A stretch of DNA of 60,308 nucleotides, the filler included, from Trichosphaerium sp. ATCC 40318 (taxonomy: Eukaryota > Protista > Tubulinea), in assembly GCA_038496445.1 (NCBI GenBank). It is 2 parts of 2 records of this genome, joined end to end, with 100 filler letters (N's around TTAATTAATTAA, not from the genome) between each part and the next. Parts side by side here need not be neighbours in the genome. Positions count along the whole stretch, not along the records: positions 29,869 to 60,308 come from JALMLS010000063.1; 1 more part is not named here. One strand, written 5' to 3'. The translations under genes were made by a program, and so were the position numbers. Below, piece by piece: positions 55,093 through 60,308 of the stretch. The notes under the pieces are model-generated. The model saw nothing but the letters and a program-made list of their open reading frames with translations, searched no databases and had not been told where the DNA came from. Position 1 is the first letter of the stretch. Each line of letters begins with the position of its first letter.

Positions 55093-58000
55093 ATGGCTAA
55101 CGTGTATTGTGACGCTTGTAAGACATGGTATACGTGGAGACATTATCATTACAGACACTTAAAATCTAATAAACATACAGCGGCGACCATAAAGCTAGGT
55201 ACATGTACAAAATACCTCAAATGTACTTAGTTAATTATAGGAATGGGCAAACGAGGTAGAGACTTTTCTCAAAGAAACAATAACATTAGCAAAGCAAAGA
55301 AACGGATTAGAACTCATGATATTAATTTGGGAGATTCAGCAAATGCCAGTGAAAGTGTCGACCACCTGCTTGCTTTTAATCTATATGATACAGATTGTGA
55401 TGCCAATAGCAATGCAATAAGTCACAGTAGTGACTCTGAAAGTAGTGCGGACAGTGGATTCAATGGCACCGGTGATGAGAGCAATGAAAGCAGTGTCAGT
55501 GACGAGTTTGTGGAACCAATATATTTAAGAAGAGATGACAATACGGAGCTACCATGTACAACTCTTCCACACTTTTTAAGTGTTGATGGTGAGGCTATGC
55601 GCAGTGGTGAGTTAATTGTAACAATTAGTGTAGCATTTAATTTGTTTGTTAAAGAATTCGAACAGTTGTCTGATGAGCAATGGAAAAAAGAACAAAAGCC
55701 TCCAGATTTTGAGCCAAGTGATGATTTTAACTCTGCCTCTCCTCAACAAAAGCTTGGTTATTTGTTGTTTGCGCTAAAGTTGGAACACAAACTGTCTTTG
55801 GTTTTGTGTAAAAAAATTTTAGAGCTGTTCAATACTGCCTTGGTTCTTTTTGGACTTGACACTAATGGTATGTAACACACCACGTTGTGATTATCTCTTA
55901 TGTTGGCTTTGTTAGGCACTGTGTCTGTTTCTGTAAACACATTGTTGAAAGAAATTGCTACAAACCAGTACAAATATTATCAGACGCAAGCAACTACTAA
56001 TTAGCCTCTGCATTGTTGGTTCAATAATGCCTCATTTTTAGTGCAACAATTTTTTGCCCTCAATTTTTGGGCATTTTACTCATAAAACTTTATATACATA
56101 CAATAGTTTCATTGCCTGCAATGTCCCACCTGCTAGACATTAAAATATCAGTGGAAAAGAATGTACCTATAGTAGGTGCAAATGGCAGAATCCATAAAAT
56201 ACTAAGTTGACGTCGTCTATATAAAACGTCACTTACCTTAAATCAATGATCACAATGTGTACCTTTTTGTACTCTCTAGGGCATTGCCTAGATTGCATTA
56301 AGGCATTGCAACAAAGAGTGATTTTTGTATTAAAATTTGCCCATGCAAGATTTTAAAAGCATCACTGAATGTATACAAAAGTACATTTATCAGACGTATA
56401 TGTCTTTGACCAGCCACCAATGACACACGCACAAGTACTCTCCATCAGAATATCAAAAGAGTGTTGTATTACTCACGAATGTAGATGGACAGAGCACACG
56501 GTGGAACTACGAAAGCAGTATACCAGAAACTGGAACCAATGTGAAAAAAGTGTTTGCAGATGTACTTGATGTTTATGAGGCAGACAAAGACAACACTATT
56601 TTACTCCCAGGTACACTATACTTATCTTTTGATTGTCTACTCACCGTTAATCAATAGCATATATAAGCAAGGATGATTTTACATACGATAAAAAAGACAG
56701 TTTGGGGCCTTTGTATATGGTTGTTTGGAATTTACCTAACAGTGCCAGTGCTACTGGAAAAATGTTGTTGGCTGTGTTACCGAAGTGTTTGCATGAAGAA
56801 GATCTATTGGAGCATGTTGTAAATGATTTTTTAAAGGTGTACAATGGCATGAGATGTTACATAAAAAGTGAACAAAAGGTACGTGCCAATTTTATTGTTT
56901 TTTTTATAATTTAATCCAAAAATAGTACTTCACAGTGTATTTGAGGTTGTCTAAGATATTGGGTGATTCACCAGGCTCAAATAGATTGATATGTACAAAA
57001 ATCCTTCATTATTGATCAACTTATGTTACTTTTAGCAATGAGGAGTCCAACATCTCATTATCCTTGCCGAATATGTAGAGTGCCAAAAAATGCCTTTCAA
57101 TTAATTACAGAAGACAATGAGATTGTAACAGCCACAAGAAACACACACCAAATCCTCACCATGGCGCATGAACACTCATACAGTGATCACATTAAAGATT
57201 GTTTTAGCATTCACAGGCAGGTGAGCAACAAACCACGAATTTAGTTTTACTTTAGATTAACTGGTATTTTTTTTTTTTTTAGTCTCCGTTCAGTAAACTG
57301 TTGAACCATCACTTTGACTTTTTTTTGGATTCTCCCTATTGTCCATTTCATAACATCATATTGGGTATAGCTAAAAATGTGTTGGATGCGGCATTGGCTA
57401 AAATGCAAGAGCTGCAACCCAAAGAAACTTTTAAAAAAACTCTAAATCGTAGGATCAAGTATGTTAGAAAACAAAATACAGGGTTAGGAAAGTATGTACA
57501 TGTTGTTGACTTGATGTATTGATTCAAAGTCATATTAGAATGAAGGCAGTGTGGAATAATACAGGATGTTTAGTATCTGAGAGTTGGGACGGAACAGACA
57601 TGAGGACCTTTTTGAAAATGTCTGCTTTGGTTTTTCGCCACATTTTACCTGATGACCTCATGTCAATGTGGTACCTCTCAAAGCTCTTTGTGTTGTCTTT
57701 TTATTGACCAATTTTAAAGGAAACACTTGTTGGCTTTTGTAGTATTGACACAAAGAGATTTTATGTCAGAACGTCAAGTCAAAAGTGTAACGGTCAAATA
57801 CAAAAACTTATTGAATGAAATAAAGCTTAATTTACCTGGTACTGTTTGCAATTTACTTTTTTTGTATGTGTCTGATCATTGACAACTTATTAGAGTTAAA
57901 TTTAGACACAACAAACTTTCACGTGCCTTACCATTATGAATACATGATTAAACGATTTGGAGTTTTTAAACACTTTAGGTACACTTTTAACATGGTTGTA

Positions 58001-58906
58001 ATTAACTGTACATTATTAGCACTTATGCATGTGAATCTAAGCATGCCACCATCAAAAAATGGAAGCTGTCATCGAAGAACCATGACAAAATAAAGTACAC
58101 AAAATGTTTTGTTTCAACATACACCAACAAAGCATAGGGACATAGTAGACAAAGAAATACCGTGGTTGATGTTATCATATATTGGCAAGTTTGATGCCCT
58201 TTGCACTTCTGTGCTACACAATCAATACAAAGATAACATTGAATTGTCAAGGAAAGTGATCACTCCTCCATTTTACAAAAGACAAAAGACACTCTGGATT
58301 TTACGTAAGCAATGCAAACAAAAAAAATTACATCTCACTTTGTTTTTAGGCAACAAAAGGTGTGTTAGAGAGTTATGCCACATGGAAAAATTAGCATTTG
58401 AGGCTACATTCCCTGCTGATACTAGGAGACTTATGTCAGAACCGTTTGTTTCTTATAACTCTGTAACAACGGAAGATCTGACAATGAAGCTGTCTGTCTC
58501 AAATGAAACTCTTTTTAAATCATGGAGACCGGCAAAGAGAGAAACTAAAAAAGACTGCATATATGTTAAAACTCAAGCCATCTATCAAAGCATCACTGAC
58601 AATAATCAAGTGTTTGTATTTGGAGAGTGAGCTGTTTGTAGTAGTGCAACAACTAATTTACTCACGTAATTTTAGGTACTTTATTTTAAAAAACCCAAAC
58701 AACCCATATGATGCCAACAGCGAGCTATTGACGTGCAAAACCTTCACTCTTTGCTTTTGAAACACTGACTTTGCTGTAGCGTTGAATTTGCTGACACAAT
58801 AGCATGTGTACCACTAAAAAATGTGTACAAGCTAGCGCAAGTATATACAACCAGTGACGATGGAGAGCAGCTCATTAACTACTATCACTATGCCATTCCT
58901 TCCTAA
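55093..58906 (+). mobile_element. CACTA/CMC (EnSpm/Plavaka-like) DDE transposase gene with introns, N-terminal C2H2 finger and a ~293-bp insertion
   Basis: YCDAC..YRHLKSNKH; acidic linker; SKDDF (56669), LYMVVWNLP, ILGDSPG (56962), HYPCRIC, PFHNIILG, WDGTDMRTF, NFHVPYHY..IKRFG..FSTYACESKH; beta-rich C-terminal tail. Confidence 0.8.
56016..56308 (-). mobile_element. Internal fragment related to the 15677-16712 element, inserted in the transposase gene
   Basis: The reverse complement shares aggca(a/t)tgcc...cacatt...tttaagGTAAGT...TGACGTTTTATATAGa...cttagta.tt.ATG with 16004-16151. It is bounded by gcattg repeats (56010-15, 56303-08); removal gives in-frame NHLCIATKSDFCIKIC. Confidence 0.65.
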
Positions 58907-58971
58907 AAAACTCTGCATTCATCATTGTAGTCAATTAAATTAGTAAATTTTAACAACTTTGTAAACACGCC

Positions 58972-60308
58972 ATGTCTGCTGAGCCGCCATCAAAGAAGCA
59001 AATGAACGAGGAAAATTTGAAAGCACTGGTTCAGTATGTTTTTTTTTGTTATTATTCTACCAGTTGTTAATTACAGTTTAGAAAGCTTGCACATCACATT
59101 CGAGCCTTAGAACAGGAGGTGAAGACAATAAAGCAAAATGTTGGCATGACCACAAATCAATCCAAGCCGGAGATTGCCACTACAAACGTGCGCTACCACT
59201 TGTTTTTGTATTAAAAACCACACTAATAATGCAATAGTCGGAAGCTGGTGTTATTGCTCAAAGACTTTATTTAGAGGCTGGAGCTCTTAGTTCCAGCGCT
59301 AAAAAAAAAACATGGGAAGCATTTAAAACCACGTGGAGAACAAACCCAAAATTTGCAAAATGCGACTTGAACTACTCTCAAGTTAACAATGACTATTTAC
59401 TAACTACAAGGACTTTTAAAGCGTATGTGAGCAGGTATTTGGTAGAAATAAAATCCAAAATTCCACAGATTTCAGAGGCTTCTGTTAGTACGTAAAGCAT
59501 AATCAACTTAGCGTTCAATGCCTAACCTGTTATTAGTTGCTATTTTTAATTTAGCACTTCAAAACAAAGTGTTTCATTTTAAGATTCCTTTTACAATCAC
59601 CGTGGCTTTAAAAGAAATGGTACAAGGATGGGTACGAAAAGTAAATTTACCTTTTTTTTTTTGCTTATTTATTTGTGATTTAATATTGTTCAGATTACAG
59701 AATACTACACGCTCACAATGGATGCTTTACAAAATAAGCATGGAAAATATCAACAAACTGGCCACAATTACTTTACAACAAATGGACATTACAAATACAT
59801 GTGCGGCTTTTATTTTTCACGTGCTTCTTTCTTTCTTTTTTTTTCCTCTCATGCCTGTTGTAGCGACACATTTATTGATGATTCAGAAGGTGATATGGAT
59901 ATAGCTGATATAATAAATTTATTAGAAACCACAAAGTCAAGTGTCGAGGAAAGTGAACAAAGTAATAACAGTGTCGACAAACTTGTTGTGAACGTGGATG
60001 CCAATACTACTGGTACAGCTGATTTCTTTGCTTTTATTCACATTTGACACGATATAGGTCTTGAAAAAGAGAATGAGAAAGCACCTGTAGAAAAAAAAAA
60101 GAAAGAGCGGCTATTGTTAAACGATGTAGTTTCAGTGCGAGATCTCAAGTTTAAGTTTAAAGATTTTATATGGTTGTTTACCTCAGATGGTACACCAAAC
60201 GCACAGCAAATGGATGCTTATATGAATTTGGCAAAGATAGCAAGGTACAGTGTGGATTGCATTTGACGAAGCTAACAGGTTTTTTTTTACTAGTAAAAAA
60301 AAAGGTAC
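58972..60308 (+). CDS. Hypothetical protein immediately downstream of the transposase (candidate accessory/TnpA-like gene); runs off the right edge
   Basis: MSAEPPSKKQ start 65 bp after the transposase stop; short coiled coil RALEQEVKTIKQ; multi-exon. Confidence 0.55.

Noticed and set aside
55977-56396. Direct repeat ttatcagacg as a 10-bp TSD
   Set aside because: There are no TIRs inside it and its removal does not restore the transposase frame, whereas the gcattg-bounded deletion does.

Overview
AT-rich, intron-dense eukaryotic genomic DNA with mostly ~40-150 nt GT-AG introns and some apparent GC-AG introns; the gene content suggests a protist, probably an amoebozoan (inference). It consists of two pieces joined by an artificial 100-nt N/TTAATTAATTAA linker at 29769-29868. 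Host genes: ABP34-like actin bundler, ZNFX1-type helicase with cold-shock domains, GRAM/EF-hand/PIP5K kinase, Pkr1-like protein, PAK kinase, OSCA/TMEM63-like channel (one 722-nt intron is almost entirely a hairpin), PHTF-like 7TM protein, Ariadne RBR ligase and MetAP2. A full-length L1/Tx1-like LINE (12539-19124, 7-bp TSD) interrupts a mucin-TM gene. The LINE is itself interrupted by a 1-kb TIR element (2-bp TSD) carrying a small, apparently spliced transcription unit. The last ~17 kb looks like one giant CACTA/CMC-like DNA transposon. It has a CAGGTCTGAAA-type left end with palindromic subterminal repeats, then a mosaic of captured gene fragments (mucin, ankyrin, and a DRG split by an IMPACT+MJ1316 fragment). 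Three tightly packed co-oriented genes follow: an AlkB-like 2OG-Fe(II) dioxygenase with a possible SRA-like domain, a CACTA-type DDE transposase, and an unknown ORF. The best candidate for a novel system is this transposon-borne putative base-modification reader/eraser. Exon boundaries were read by eye, no searches were run, and coordinates of multi-exon genes are approximate.
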